Shown here in pieces: positions 47,894 through 59,543 of a DNA stretch of 64,000 nucleotides (the stretch's first letter is position 1; each line of letters starts with the position of its first letter). The notes beneath the pieces were generated by a model that saw nothing but the letters and a program-made list of their open reading frames with translations, did not search any database and had not been told where the DNA came from. The DNA comes from Scenedesmus sp. PABB004 (lineage: Eukaryota). The position numbers and the translations under genes are program-made. The DNA is taken from positions 124,001 through 188,000 of the forward strand of contig JABVCE010000017.1 in NCBI GenBank assembly GCA_014905635.1. Direction: 5' to 3'.

Positions 47894-48907
47894 TCACTGC
47901 GCGGCGGGCGGCGCCGCCGGCGCGGCCGCGGCGGCCGCAGGGGGCGCGGACGCAGACTGCAGCAGGCTGTGCGTGGTCGCCGCCAGCTGGTCGTGCACCT
48001 CCTGGCGCTTGGCCGGGTCCTGCGGCGCCGGCAGCAGCGGCGGCGGCGGCGCGGCGGGGTTGGCGGGCCGGCCCTGCGAGCGGGCGGTGCGCGCCGGCGC
48101 GCACGCCGCGAGGCCGCGGGAAGCGAGGCGGGGTGCCTCGGGCGGGCGCTGCGGCCGCACCGTGATGATCTCCTGCAGCGTGGCGGTCGTCGCCTTGAGC
48201 TTGTCCAGCAGCGCACTGCGCTGGTGGGGGTCCTGCGCGGCGCGCGGCGCGGCACACGCGCCGAGGGTCGGGCGAGGGTGCGCGCCGCGCCGCGCCGCGC
48301 CGCGAGCCCACCGGCGCGACGCGGCGCGGGCCCGTCCGCGCGGCACGGCGCGGGCCGCGCCTTGGCGGCGGCGGTGGCCTGCGCGGCAAAGGCCTTGGCG
48401 TAGTCCAGGAGCTTCTGGCGCTTCTCAGCGTCCTGCAAGGGAGCGGGCGGGCCCCGGGCGCGCGTGTCAGGGCGAGCAGCGGGGGCGCGCAGCGCGCGCG
48501 GCCACCACGGCGCCTGCGCGCACCGCCATGGTCTGCTTGGCGAGCGCGGCGAGCTCGGACGCGTGCTTGGCGACCTCGGCGGCCAGGGCGTCGCGCTTCT
48601 CCTTGTCCTGCGAGCGCGGCGGCGGCGCGCGGAGATGAGGCGGCCGGCCGCGCGTGGGGACGGCTCGCGGCAGCGCGCCAGCCGGCGCGACGGAGGCCTG
48701 GCGCCCAGATCTTGCTGGGGCGACCGACGGCACGAGCCCGGAGGCGCCACGTTCCACGGCACCAGTCCGCGCATGCAAGCCAGCGCGCGCGCTGGATCGG
48801 GAGCACCCTCCCCCCCACGCGTTGCCCACCGAGAGCGTGTCCTTGGCCAGGCCCGCGGCCGTGGCCGCCTGGGCGCGGAAGCCGGGCGTGGGCTCGGGGG
48901 CCGCCAT
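47894..48907 (-). CDS. Small (about 143 aa) amphipathic helical-repeat protein of unknown function, 5 exons
   Basis: Exons 48907-48830, 48607-48524, 48432-48361, 48232-48161, 48019-47894 join in phase 0. Exons 2-5 each begin D-x-x-K/Q-R. Confidence 0.75.
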
Positions 48908-49306
48908 GTTGCTGCTCGGAGAGCGGGTGCGAGCGCGGGTGTGCGTGGGCGGGCTTTGGGCGCGGGGTGCGGAGTGAGTGGAGCGTCGGCGGGCGCGCGC
49001 GGGGCGATCAGGTGCCGCTCGTGGCCAATGGGGCATCGGCGAGTTGAGCGGACACCGCGTCAGCCGCCGCTCACTCCAACAGCTGCTTGCTTTGATGATG
49101 CCCAGCTCCCCGGCTGCCCGGCAGCAGCGCGTGAGCCACGAGGGGTGCTGCACAGCACCGCCCCGCCGCCCGCCGCGGCGAGGCCGGTCAGCTGCGCCGC
49201 GAGCGAGCACGGCACCGAGTGCCTGGCGGCCACGTGCAGCAGTGCAGCTGCCGCCGTGCCCACAGCCATCCGGCCTGCCGGCACGCGCCCGCTCCACCGC
49301 GCTGCA

Positions 49307-51139
49307 TCAGTCGCCGCCGACGCGCGTCGCGCACCGCACGACCGGCTGCCGCGCGTCGCGCGCCGCGAGCGCCACGCCGGGCGGCAGCGGCACGTCGGCG
49401 AGCCGCAGCACGTCTTTAAGCCGCATCCCCCGCATGTCCAGCTCGATGCCGCGCGGCACCGCGCCGCCGGGCGCGCGCAGCGGCACGGTGCGGTTGACCA
49501 CGTGCAGCCAGCCGCCCGCCTTGACGCCCGGCGCGACGTCGGCGTTCCAGATGCGCACCGGGACGTCCACCGTGACCTGGGTTGGTTGGGTCGCGGCGCA
49601 GCCGCGCGGGCCGCGGCGCGTTGGTGAGCCGGCGTGGGAGGGGGGCTCGGCCGAGCGGTGGTGCACGCCGACCGGCCGCGCGCGGTCGGCGCGGGCGCCG
49701 GCCGTCGCAGCCAGCGCGCCGCGGCGGCGGCGGCGGCAGAGCGGCGGAGCGGCGCACCGTGCGGTCGCGGGGGCAGAAGAGGAACCGGACGTTTTCGACG
49801 CCGAGCGTGACGCTGTTGACGTGCACCGCCTTGGCCAGCACGCGCACCGCGCGCGGCGCCGCCTGCGCCTGCGCCTCCTGCTGCTGCTGCTGCTGCTGCG
49901 GCGGCGGCGGCTGCGCCTGCGGCGCCGCCTGCTGCTGCGCCGCCTGGCCGCGCGGGGCGCGCGGCGGCGGCGCCGCGATGATGTTGAGCTGCAGGGCCTG
50001 CGCCTGCAGGCCGTTGCGCCCAAACTCGCGCACCTGCGGCGGCGGCGGCCGGCAGCGGCCTCGGCGCGCGGGCGCCGCGTGCCGGCGCCCCAGGGCTGGA
50101 GGGCCCGGGAGCACCCCTGGGGCGGGGCCCCGCGGCATGGCCGGGCGCGGCCGGCGCGGCGCGGCGGCGCGCCGGCGCACCAGGCGCTCCGCGTCGCGGC
50201 TGTCCATTGCGAGCGGCAGCGAGTCGTTGCCCGGCAGGCTGAAGAGCACGCACGGCGTGTGGCCGCCCTGCGGCGCGTTCAGGTCGGGGGTGGGGCGGGT
50301 GGGCGCGGCAGGCGCGCCGGCGCTCGCCTTGGCCCCTGCCCCGCCGCCGCCGCTGGTGACGCGGCCTGATCATTGGCGAGGGCTGGCCCGCGGCCAGCGC
50401 GGCGCGCGCGAGCTCCATGCCGTACGGCGCGCTCAGCGTGCTGTTGGGCACGCAGCTTGCGCGCGCCGCGCTGGGCGCGGCGGCGACGGCTGCGACGGCG
50501 GGCAGCTTCTGCGCGCTGCCAGGCACGCAAGAGCACTGGGTGCTGCTGAGTGCTGCGCGTCGACGACCGCGGCCCCCTCGCGCGGCTGCTGCTCGCGCAG
50601 CTCCGCTGGCGGATGGGGCAGACGGCGCTCGTGTGACTGCCGTGCTGCGTGACAACGCAGCGGCGGGGCGCCACACCGTCGACGCCCCACCTTGCGCAGC
50701 TTGCTGCAGTAGTTGGTGCCGCAGCTGCTGCGGAGCCACGCCGTGACCTCGGGCAGGCCTGGTCGCGCGGCAGCCGACGGCGCGTCAGCGGCCGCGCAGC
50801 GCAGCGCTTGCAAGCGCGCCGCGCCGCGCTCCCATGCGAGCAGCCGGCTGCGAGTGCTACGCGATGCGCTGCTGCAATGCGGGCCGCCCCTGGCCGTGCA
50901 TGGGCCGGGGAGCGGCCGCCGCTGCTGTCGGCGCCACGCCGCCGCTCACCCTCCTCGATCTCGTGCGGCGGGATGGCGTCCAGCGACGTGGCGAAGCCAC
51001 GAGTCCCCGGGAGGCGGTGCCAACGCGGCCAGGGCGCAGCACTGCTGCCGAGCTCGCGGACGGCGGCAATCACTGCCCCCGCCGCCGCTCCCCCGCCGCC
51101 GCCCGGGCCGCGCAGGGCGGCCAGCGCGAGGGCCAGCAT
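49307..51139 (-). CDS. RPL25: Organellar (probably mitochondrial) ribosomal protein bL25, long Ctc/TL5 form
   Basis: Presequence ending RGFATS, GTNYCSKLRK|GGHTPCVLF, VRVLAKAVHVNSVT...VENVRF, VTVDVPVRI...PGVKAGGWL, IELDM...LRLADVPLP. Confidence 0.8.
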
Positions 51140-51529
51140 GGTGACCGCAAGGCTGCGAACGACGAGCGGCCTCAGGCGGTGGCGCGCGGCGCTGCGGAGC
51201 GCTGGTCGGCGGCGGCGCTCAACGGCGCGAGGGAGCTGGCTGCAACGGCGGCCCGTGCCCGTCTGTGGCGGGGACCCATGACCTGATCCAAGCAGCGCCG
51301 TGCCCTGGCGGCGCGACGCGCTGAGCCCTGGGCTTGAGCGGACGCCGCTCGCGAACGAGGCGTCACACGCCAAGCGAGCCACGCGGCGTCAACCTTCTTC
51401 AGGCCCTGGAGCTAGCTATATGAACAGCCAGCTAACACCCAGAGCAATGGGCAGTGTCGTCGTCGCCGGGTTGGGTTGTTGAGCGGGCCGGCGCGTGCGC
51501 GCGGCACAGTGCGCCGGTGCGCGCGGTGG

Positions 51530-52608
51530 TCACGACTGCTGCCCACGGCTGCGCGCGCCGCTGCGCGCGGCGGTGGGAGACTTGGTGACGGTGAAGGCGC
51601 CCCGGATGGGCACCTGCGGCGGGTCGGCGGACGCGGCGGCGCGTTTCAAAGCCTCGCCGCCGCGTGCTGTGCGCGCTCACCACGCAGCGGCAGGGCAGGG
51701 CGGAGCGGCGCAGCAGCAGCCAGCGCACCCGCTGGTACACGGGCTCAGGGAAGGCCTCGCGGTCGCCCAGCGCGGTCGGCGCCTGTAGCAGCGCGACGAG
51801 CCTGCGGCGCGGCGGCGGCGGCGGCACGTCGCGGCGCGTCGCGGCACGTCGCCGGGTGGCCGGCCGGCAGGCGCAGCGCGGCGGCCGCGGCCCCGCGCGG
51901 CCGCGCGCGGCGCGCACCGGTACGTCCCGCCGACCGCGACGGAGACCTCGGCGCCCGTGTCGGGCGCGGCGCCGACAGGGAGGTATGCGCCGCGCCAGCC
52001 GAGGCAGTACGAGTAAACGGCGAGCATCGGGCTGCTGCTGCGCCCCGCCGCGCCCACGCCCGCTGTGGCGATGAGGGCGACGGGATCGGGGTTGGATTGG
52101 CAGCAGGGGGGAAGGAGGGAGAGGGGCGTCGCGAGCGGGGGTCAGGAGAAAAGAAAAGGAACCCGAGGCCGCGGCGCGGCGGCGGGCCGGCCGGCGGGCG
52201 GCGGGCGGCGCGGCGGCGCACTCGCCTGCGTCGTACGCGGGCGCGCGCGAGAACACGGGCGTGTTGAGCGGCGGCAGGCTGCCGAGGAGGTGCCCCGCCT
52301 CGTCGTAGATCTCCAGCTCAATGCTGCGACACGGCGGCCGGGCGGCGCGTTACGTTTGATGTTAGTTTGGTTGGTTGGATTGCCTGTGTGTGGCGGTGGT
52401 AGTAGGGCAGGCGGCACGAGCCAGGGGCGCGCGGCGCGGCGCGCGGCGCGGCGCGGGCGCGCACCGCCGCACGGGTAGCTGCGGCGCGAGCGTGATGCGC
52501 AGGTCGCACGGCCGCGTGCGCAGCGCCGACAGCGAGATGGCGATCGGCCGGTCGGTCCAGTAGTCGGCGGTGTTGATCTGCGTGGGCGGGCGCGCGTGTG
52601 TAGATGAA

Positions 52609-52649
<41 letters not shown>

Positions 52650-55600
52650 GTGTGTGTGTGCGTGTGCGTGTGCGTGTGCGTGTGCGTGTGCGTGTGCGTG
52701 TGCGTGTGGGTTTGGGGGAGTGGAAGGGTGGGGGGAGGTGCTCATGATCACACAGCTGCGCGGGGCTGCAGTAGCTGCACCGCCGGCCAACGATGTGCTG
52801 GTCCAACACAACCAACTCGTAACACGGCTTGTAACACAAGCAAAGTGACAAAATAGCACCCACCTGGCAGCGGTTGACGTCGTACGCGATGTCCATGACG
52901 TATTCGGGGTAGTTGATGTTGCCGCCCGCCTCGGACGGCGCGTAGCAGAGCCCGGGGGTCAGCGGGTCAACGAACGAGTCCTCGCCGGGGACGAGCGGCA
53001 GGCTGGCGTAGGGCCGGCTCACGCCCTGGTACGGCACGACCAGCGGGCGCGGCCCCGGCGCGGGCGCGGCCGCGGCGTCAAACGCCCACGGCGGGAGCCA
53101 GCGGTGCTCGGGGGACCAGAGCACGCGCGCGCCGGGGCCGCCGCCGGCCGCGCTCGCGGCCGCGGCGACGCCCGCGGCGACGCCCGCGGCCGCCGCGGCG
53201 GCGGGGCTGCCGGGCGCGGCGCGCGGCCGCGCGGCCGCCGCGGGCGCAGCGGGGGCCACGGCGGCGCCGCGGCGGCGGCGCGCGCCGGCGGCTGGGGCCA
53301 GCGCCGGCGGCGGGGTATGCGCCGCGCGCGGCAGCACCGGCGCCACCACCGCGCCGGCGGCCGGCACCTCCTCCTCTGGCGCCACAGCCGCCGCCGGGAC
53401 CGCCGGGGCGGCCGGGCGGCGCGCGTCGGGCAGCAGCGCGGTCAGCACGTCCTGCAGCAGGTGCCGCGACGGCCAGGGCAGCCCGCCGGCGGCACCGGGG
53501 CGGCGCCGGCGGCGAGCCGCGGCGCCACGCCGCGCCCCGCGCGCCGCGCCTGCACGCGGCCGGCGCCGGCGCCGGCGCCCGCGACGCGCTGCGGCGCGGC
53601 GGGGCGGGCCTCTGCGGCGCGCGGGGCCAGGCCGCCGGCGCGCCGCGCCGCCGTCGCGCGGGCGGGGCGGCCCAGCCGCATCCCCGCCGCGCCCTGCCGC
53701 CCGGCGCCGCTGCCGGCGGACGACGCCGCGGGCAACGACGCGACGCCCGCCCGCCCGGCGGGCCGCCTGCCGGCGCCGCCGCCCACGGCCAGCGGCCGTG
53801 GCTGCTGCTGCTGCTCCTCCTGCTCCTCCTGCTCCTCGCCCGCCGCCGCGCCCGGCTGCTGCTGCTGCGCCCCCGCCGCCGCGCCCTGCGCGTCGCCCTC
53901 GCCGGCGCCGTCGCCGCCGCGCGCCCAGGCGCCGTCGACGGTGGCCCAGGGGTCGGCGTCGGCGTCCCAGGGGTTGGTCACGAGGGGCTTGAGGTCGATG
54001 TAGCCTGAGTACAGCCACGCGCCGCGCCGCGCCGCGTCCGACAGGACAAACGTCACCTGCGAAGGGGTTTAGGGTTTAGGGTTGAGGGGGGGGGGGGGCG
54101 GCGCGAGTCGGCGCGGCGGCGGCGCGCTCGGGACGGCAGCACGTCCGCGGGGGCGGTCGGATCCCTCAACCTTCCACCCTAAAACCCCGCACCGTGACGT
54201 TGACCGTCTCGCCGGGGCGCACCGTCACGACGTTGGGCGCGACCGTGACCTGCAGGGAGGGGGGGGGGGGCGTCCGCGGGTTCAGCGTTGTTTGTTTTCA
54301 GGGTTAGCGGGGGCCGAGGGTCGCCGCGTTCGCGGCGCGGCGCCGCCGGGCCGCGGGGCGGCGCTCGAGCCCCCACCACGCCCCGCCCGCCCGCGCAGCA
54401 AAAGCCCGGCGCCTCAAAACCCCTGCCCGCCCACCTGCGCGCCGACGCCGCTGCGGAGGTTGAGCGGCATTGTGCCCCACTCGTTGGAGATGCGCGCCGC
54501 GACGGCGGGGCGGCGGTGCGACACCTGCGCGCCGCGGCGGCGCGGCGACCGTTTCGGGGCGCGGGGCGCCGCCGTCAACGGCCGCAGGGCGCCCGGCTCC
54601 TCCGCCCGGCGCTCGGGCGTGGCCAGGCGCGCGCGTGCGCCCCTCGGGCGCCGCGCGCACCGCAAACGTGTGCTCCCGGTCGGCGCGCCGCCCCGGGCCG
54701 CCCGGCCCCGGCGCGAGCACGTTGGTGAGGGTCAGGGTGACGGTGTGGCTTCCATTGAGGCCGCTGGGCAGGGAGATGTAGGGCGGGGTGAGGCGGATGG
54801 GGTTGAAAAAGGCTGACGCAAAGTTGACCAGCCCCGCGCCCGACTTGGCCACCGGCGCCGGCGCGTCCCAGTCGTAGTCGGAAGCGACCGGCGTCGCCGT
54901 GGCCAGCAGCGCGGGCAGCGCGCCGCCCTGGCTCGCGACGCCGCGCGCTGTCCACACGCTCTGCCAGCGCGCGGCCATGGCCAGCGCGTCGCCCGGCGGC
55001 GCTGCGGCCGCGGCGCCGCCCGACGCGGCGCCCGCGTCGGCGTCGGCGCCCGTGTCCGCGTCCGCGCCCGCATCGGCGGCGCTGGCGCCGTCCCCGGCGC
55101 CCTGCCCCTCGTCGGCTGCCGCCGGGCTGACCAGCCCCAGGCTCGGGTCCGTGGGGCTGAGCACGCCGCCGCCGTCCGCCGCGAGGCCGGCAGCGGCGCC
55201 GTCCGCCGCCGGGGCGTCCCCGGGCGGTTCCGCGCCCTCCTCCGCTGGCGGCGGCGCGGCGAGCCCCGCCGCCGCACCGGCGCCGGCGCCCTCGCCCGCG
55301 GCCGCGCCCGGCTCCGGCTCCGCCGCCGGCGCCGGCGCCGGGTCCGTGCTGCTGCCGCCGCCGCCCGACGCGAGTAGCTCGGCGCGCTGGCGCTCGAGCT
55401 GCAGCAGCAGCGCGAGGCCGCCGGACACGTAGGGCGTGGCGTGGGAGGTGCCAGACATGACCGTGTGCCCGTCCCCGAGCGACGCCTTGGTCGTGGTCAG
55501 CACGTTGGCGCCCGGCGCGGCGAGGTGCGGCAGCAGCGCGATGCTCGCGTCCTGTGCGGGGTTGGCGGCGGGGTTTAGGGCGGTCGGGCTGTAGGGTTGA

Positions 55601-58600
55601 GGCGGGCCTGGGCTTGGGTCACGCAGGGGGTCTGCGACCCTGGGACCAGGCCGGGCTCTCTGCAGCTGCAGCCGTGAGACCAGGCCAGGGCGGGGCCCAG
55701 TGCTGCGCCTCAACCCTAACCCCTCAACGAGAGCAATGCCCCTAAACCCCGCGCCGCGCGCTCAGCTCACCGGGCCATAGGTCGAAAAGTCAGACGCGAG
55801 CAGCTCCCCCACCGCGCCGCTGCTCGTGTCGGCGCTGCCGACCGTGATTGACCCAGCGCCTGCGCGCCGCGCGCCGCCGCGGGGTTTAGGGCATTGCTCG
55901 CTCCTCCGCCACCCCGCCGCCCGCGTGCATTCACACATGTGTGTGAACCGCCGCGCCCCACCCCCCGGCCCCCGTCGCGCCACCCGCCCACGCACCGGTG
56001 TAGGCGTCCACCCAGAACAGCCCCTGGCCGCTCGGGCCGCCCTGGTTGCCGGCCGACTTGGTCGCGAGGATGCCGAGGTCGTACACGCGCTGCATCACAG
56101 AGAGATAGGGCTCCTGTTGAATGGAAAGCAGCACCGGTTGAATGGAGAACAGCTCAGTCAATTAGTCTATCAGCCCACCACCATGGGTGGTCAGAGGTCG
56201 GGGCGAGCCGCGAGCGCGCGCGCGCGCGAGCAGAGAGGGCGCCGGCGGCGCGCGGCGCGCGGGCTGGGAGGGGGGCGCGCGGGCGGGGAGGGGGCGAAAA
56301 GGGGCGTACCGCGGGCACGCCGGGGCCGAGTGAGAGTGAGAGGTTGATGATGTCACACTCGTCCAGCACCGCCTCCTGCGGGGTTTTGGAGCGCCCGGGG
56401 TTCAGGGCTCAGGGCTGGGAGGGGCGTCAGCGGGCACGCGGGCGCCGGCGGGCGCGCCGCGCCGCGCTGCGCAGCGGCCCCGGCCGCGCGGCGGCGCGCG
56501 GCGGCGGCGCGCGGCGGCGGCGCGCCTGGATGGCCGCCAGGATCGCGCTCGTCGGCGCGGTGCCCCGGCAGCCAAACACCTGGCCGCGCGGCCGCGCGAG
56601 ACGGGGCGGTGTCGTGGGCGAGCGGCCGCCGCGCCCAAGCGTGCGGCCGCGCCGCGCACCCCCGAACCGCCGCGCGCCACGCTAGGTCCCAAACCCCCGC
56701 GCTCAGTCCTCGACCCCCGGACGCCCACCTTGTAAATGGCGAGCTCTGCCTGCGGCGCGACGCCGAGCATCTGCGCCCCGGGGTGCCACCCCGCCGCGGC
56801 GATGCCGGCGACGGTCGTGCCGTGCGTGGAGTTGTGGCAGTCCAGCTGGCGCGGGCGGGCGGGCGGTGCAGCGGCGCGGGCGGGCGGCGCAGCGGCGTGG
56901 GTGCCGCGCCGGCGCGCCGCCAAGCCCTCCCTCCCTCAAAACTCTGCTGAACCTCTTAACCCTGAACCTCTGTGTGAACCCTAAACCCTGAACCCTGAGC
57001 CGGCCCCCAAAACCCTCAAAAACCGCACCGGGTCGTCGTCGGGCTGCTGCACGTCCTTTCCGCTCACAAAGGCGTCCCCGACGAGGTCCCGCCCCGCGAC
57101 GACGCGGCAGCGCCCCGCGGGCTGCCCCACCGCGGTGCAGCCCCCAAACGCGGGGTGGGTGTAGTCGATGCCCGTGTCGATGATCCCGATGCGCACGCCC
57201 GCGCCGGTCAGCCCAAAGTTGCGGCGCAGCTCCGTCACGCCGGTCAGCAGGTCGGCGGCCGCCCACTCGGTGTTTGGGATGAAGGTGACGCGCCCGCCGC
57301 CGGGGGCGAGGGGCAGCGACACGCGGTGCTCCGCGCCGGTGATGAAGGCCGGGCCGTGCTGGAAAAACGACCGCGCCGGCGACGGCGGGAGGGCGAGCGC
57401 CGGCGACGGCGGCGGCGGGGAGGCGAGCGCCGGCACGGGCGCCGGCGAGGGGCTGGCCGCGGGCGCCGGCGAGGGGCTCGCCGCCGGCGCCGGCGACGGG
57501 CTGGCCGCGGGCGGCGGGATGGCGACGGGCTGGCCGCCGGGAGGGGCGCCAGCGAGGCGGGCGGCGGCAGGGGCGGGCCGAACACGTCGTCCGGCGGCGG
57601 GATGTCCGGCGGCGGACGCGCCGCGGGGGCCGGCGACGCCGCCGCCGCCGGTGGTCGCGGCTGCACCTCCTCGGCCGCCGGCGCGCCCGCCGGCGCATCG
57701 TCCACCCAGAACGCGTTGTCCGCCCCCGGCGGCGGCGGGGGCAGCAGTCCGGCGCCCGCGCCGGGCGCCTCCGCGAGCGACAGCTGCTCCGCGACGGGGC
57801 CGACCACCCGGAACGGCGCCGCGCCGTCCACGCTCGCGAGGCGCGGCGCGCGCCGCCGCGACGCGCGCGCCGCCGCCGCCTCCTGGCCGCGGCCGAGCGC
57901 CGCGGCCGCGGCGTGCGCCAGCGCGCGGCGTCGCGCGCGGCGGGGCTCGCGGCGGCGTCGCGCGCGGCGGGGCTCGCGGCGGGGTCGCGCGCGTGCGCCC
58001 CCGGCCCGCGCAGCTCCGCCGCGGTGCGCGACGGCGGCGCGTCCGCCGGCAGTGGGACCATGTACTGCGCCGGCGGGCGGGCGGGCGGTTGTTGGGCGCG
58101 GCGCGCGGCAGCTGCGCGCGGCCCTCATCTCTCACACTTGGGCGCGCGGGCAGTACACTTTGCACGCCGCGCGCCGCCGCCGCGCTGCCGAGCGCGCCCC
58201 GCCGGGGCTCAACGGACCCGCGGCGCCCCCCTCTCAACCCCGCCGCCCCCGCACGCACCACGGGGAACACGCGGGCCACCTGGCGGTCCGACGACAGCAG
58301 CGCGCGCAGCGCGTCGGCGTCGGCGGGGCTCGCCGCCTCGAGCGCAGCGCCCTCAAACACCAGGCCGTAGCTGTGGAAGCGCCGGATGCCGATGGCCCGG
58401 GCGCGAGCGCTCTCGACGAGCCGGCGCGCGAGGCGCTCCGCGGCGGGCGCGCGGCGGCGATCGAGCGCGCGCCGGCCGCGCCGCGGCGGCCGCGCTGCGG
58501 CGGCCGCCGCGCCGCCGCGCGGCGCCGCCTCCTGGACGCCCGAGGACGCCACTGCCTCCGCGAAGGCGGCGGGCGCGAACTCCACGAGCACCGCGGTGCT

Positions 58601-58672
58601 CAGCACCTCGGGCGCGGCCAGGGCGGGCCCCGCCAGCGCGGCCAGGGCGGTCAGCAGCACCAGCAGCTCCAT
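51530..58672 (-). CDS. Secreted subtilisin-like S8 serine protease, paralog 2, with Ser-Pro-rich linker
   Basis: MELLVLLTALAALAGPALA, IGIIDTGIDYTHP / HGTTVAG / SAGNQG / SGTSHATP, YSGY, VVPYQG, LCYAP, YCLGWRG. Probable indel near 57545. Confidence 0.9.
52612..52708. repeat. (GT)n/(GCGTGT)n compound microsatellite in an intron
   Basis: Direct reading of the sequence. Confidence 0.9.
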
Positions 58673-59543
58673 GAATAGCTCGATCGGGGTGCTGGGCACT
58701 CAATGAGACGCCGCCATGGCGCGACGGGGGCGCGACGGGGGCGCGACGCCCGCCACAACGGTCAGGCTCTGGCTCGCAGCTGTTTTGTTGGCCGGCGCGC
58801 TCCGGCGGTCCCCTGCGCGAGCTGTCTGAGCGACCCGAGCTCTCTGTTCTGTGATGCAGCACCGCGAGCTGCCGATGGCCGCCGGCGAGTGAGCCGGCGC
58901 CCGTCTCGCTACCAGCCAGCGACTGCCCGCTCGCGTTTCTTGACGACCGAGCGCCCGCCTTGCACGCAGTGGCAGTGCGTCTGGCATCCATCGAGAAGCT
59001 CACAGCGAGCCAGGCAGAGCCTGACGGGCGCTCCACACGCCGCGACCGGCCTGTTCTCGCTCGCTCGACCCCGCTCGCCTGGCGTGCGCCAAGAGCTCCG
59101 CGCGCACCTCGTTCACGCTTGGAAGGTACCCACAGGATCTCTGACGCTCGCGCGAACCAGGTGCGCGCTCGGGCCGGCGCGGCGAGTGGGCGGCAGCAGC
59201 AGCGGGGGCGGGCGCGCCCCCGCGCGGGCGCGGGCGCTGCTTGGGGCACCGTCGTCATCCCAGCGAGGTGCTGGGCGGGCCGCATGCCCGGCTCGTGCGC
59301 CCAGGGTGGCACGCCGCTGGTGTTCTCGCGCGCCGCCGCGGAGGAGGGCGGTGGGCCGCCCACCAGCGGCGGGGCGCCCGCCCCGCGCCGGCGGGGGGTG
59401 CTGGTGGCTCGGGACCGCCTCTGCGCCGCCGCACCCGTGCCCGCCGCGCGTCTCACCCGCCGCCCGCCCGCTGCTCGCAGGCGCACGCGCGTGCTCGCCG
59501 CTCGCTGAGCGCAAGCGGCACAGCAACGCGCCGCAGCAGCAGC

